A stretch of DNA of 64,000 nt, from positions 558,001 through 622,000 of the forward strand of contig CDRNVI010000044.1 of NCBI GenBank assembly GCA_977017575.1. The letters are read 5' to 3'. The notes under the pieces were generated by a model. It did no database searches. It saw nothing but the letters and a program-made list of their open reading frames with translations, and was not told the origin of the DNA. The translations under genes were made by a program, and so were the position numbers. Of the stretch, positions 62,701-64,000 are shown one piece after another. Each line of letters starts with the position of its first letter. Within the stretch, counting starts at the first letter, position 1. Source of the DNA: Paramoeba atlantica (Eukaryota > Protista > Discosea).

Positions 62701-64000
62701 CTATAGAAGGGTCACCGACCCGCACGAATTCGTCACATGTACCAGCGGATAGTAATAATACCGCGAGTTCACGTTCTCCATCTGCGGGTTCATACTCAGT
62801 TGTCCCACCACACACACTGTCCCGCCCTCCTCCAGACCCGACGTCAGGGCGCGTTCCCAGGCCTCCGCATTCTCATCCCTTTTCCCCCCTGGTCCATCCT
62901 CATTACGTAACCTCACCCGTACCACCACACTGTCCCGGTCACTCTCCCCCGCAGGTGCCTCCGCAAACGGACACAACACCGAGAACTGAAACACCCGGGT
63001 TTCATAAATATACCCCACATTCAGCTCATACGCCCGGCCCACGAGCACAATCGTGTTCACACAGGCATTATGCCCCGCAATCGTCACCTCCTCCGGGGGG
63101 AGACTCTGCGCCGCGGTACTCTTTAGCGCCGCCACCCGCTCCAGTCGCTCCGCCTCCGCCGCACTAAGCGGGGGTTTCTTCCCCTCCTGCGTCGGATCCG
63201 ACCCGGGACCCGAGGTCGACGACCCACCACTGGTGGTGGAGCTAAACCCCCCCGCTGGTCTCTCCCCGCGGTGTCCGGGACCTCCCCCGGGGTCTTGGGC
63301 CACGCCCCCGGTGGGGGTCCCCCCGGTCCCCCCCTCTACCCCACTGCCCCCACTACCCCCTCCCCCACTACCCCCTCCCGCAGTACTGGGCTGCACGGTG
63401 CCTACCCCCAGCACGGTGTTGTGCTTAAAGCTCATGTGGGTGATGAGCGCACTCTCGAGACGGAAGGACTTGGTGCACTGGGTGCAGTTGTATCGGAGCT
63501 CCCCGGGGGTAGTGGCAGTGGAAGACTCGGAGGGGGAGTCGGGAGAATGCATAGAGGGCTTCATAGAGGGATTCGTGGAGGGATTCATGGAGGAATTCAT
63601 AGTGGAATTCGTGGAGGAATTCATAGGCGTAGAATTCATAGTGGAATTCGTGGAGGAATTCGTAGGCGTAGAATTCATTTGCGTCGAATTCATATTCGAG
63701 GGGGTTGTCCCCATGTATGCGGGATTTGTATTCCCCATAGGGTTGGGAGGATAAGAAGCAGAAGAAGAAGAAGAAGGGGAGGGGACTGTTGTTGTGGTTG
63801 TTCCGGGGAGGGGACTGGTGAGGGGATTGGGACCTGCAAAGGGGTTGGACCCGAAGAAGGGGGTTGCGAAGGAGGTAGAGGACCCGGCTCCTAAGGGGGG
63901 GTTGGGGTTAGGGGGGGGTGTGGAGGAAGAGAAGGGGGAGAAGGAAAAGGGGGAGGGGGGAGGGGTGCCGGGGGATGCGGAGAAGAGAGTAGAGGTGGAG
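62701..64000 (-). CDS. Editosome KREPA-family protein (C2H2 plus OB fold), KREPA2/3-like, probably 5'-truncated by the window edge
   Basis: CTQCTKSFRLESALITHMSFKH, H..CVNTIVLVG..G..YE..VFQF..PF..P.GE.DRD..VR, MNPQ..YYYYPLVHV..GSV. The frame has no stop from 63738 to the window end. Confidence 0.82.
   Translation of the reverse strand, partial: STSTLFSASPGTPPPSPFSFSPFSSSTPPPNPNPPLGAGSSTSFATPFFGSNPFAGPNPLTSPLPGTTTTTVPSPSSSSSASYPPNPMGNTNPAYMGTTPSNMNSTQMNSTPTNSSTNSTMNSTPMNSSTNSTMNSSMNPSTNPSMKPSMHSPDSPSESSTATTPGELRYNCTQCTKSFRLESALITHMSFKHNTVLGVGTVQPSTAGGGSGGGGSGGSGVEGGTGGTPTGGVAQDPGGGPGHRGERPAGGFSSTTSGGSSTSGPGSDPTQEGKKPPLSAAEAERLERVAALKSTAAQSLPPEEVTIAGHNACVNTIVLVGRAYELNVGYIYETRVFQFSVLCPFAEAPAGESDRDSVVVRVRLRNEDGPGGKRDENAEAWERALTSGLEEGGTVCVVGQLSMNPQMENVNSRYYYYPLVHVTNSCGSVTLL
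63548..63695 (-). repeat. Coding 12/24-bp tandem repeat (MNST/MNSS/TNST units)
   Basis: Repeated gtggaattcgtggaggaattcata-like units. Confidence 0.85.

Larger units (their letters stand above)
3343..64000 (-). other. Single directional (polycistronic) gene cluster
   Basis: All 33 accepted host ORFs are on the minus strand with no evident introns. Pyrimidine tracts precede many starts. Confidence 0.9.

Noticed and set aside
1-64000. tRNA, rRNA, snoRNA or SL RNA genes
   Set aside because: None recognised by eye. tRNAscan-SE and Infernal are needed, especially for small RNAs.

Overview
Eukaryotic nuclear DNA from a kinetoplastid, most likely Perkinsela or a related early-branching lineage. Evidence: cytochrome c with the euglenozoan AAQCH motif, an RNA-editing ligase, two KREPA-type editosome proteins, UMSBP/CNBP zinc knuckles, a Perkinsela-type LRR gene, and no evident introns. 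All 33 host ORFs I accept lie on the minus strand as one polycistronic cluster. Intergenic DNA is rich in decayed mobile elements: Merlin, Tc1/mariner (one near-intact element plus two long-TIR MITEs), hAT, piggyBac-like and a CRE-clade RT fragment. Main unexplained signals: (1) about ten 1-1.5 kb GC-rich islands, each C-rich on its left and G-rich on its right, imprinted on synonymous sites and partly independent of gene boundaries; (2) several DNA-transposon superfamilies plus arrays of Tc1-type excision footprints in a lineage thought to be nearly free of them; (3) a KREL2-like ligase and two KREPA genes within about 13 kb; (4) a divergent RRM+YTH protein. All calls were made by eye from motifs; no searches were run.
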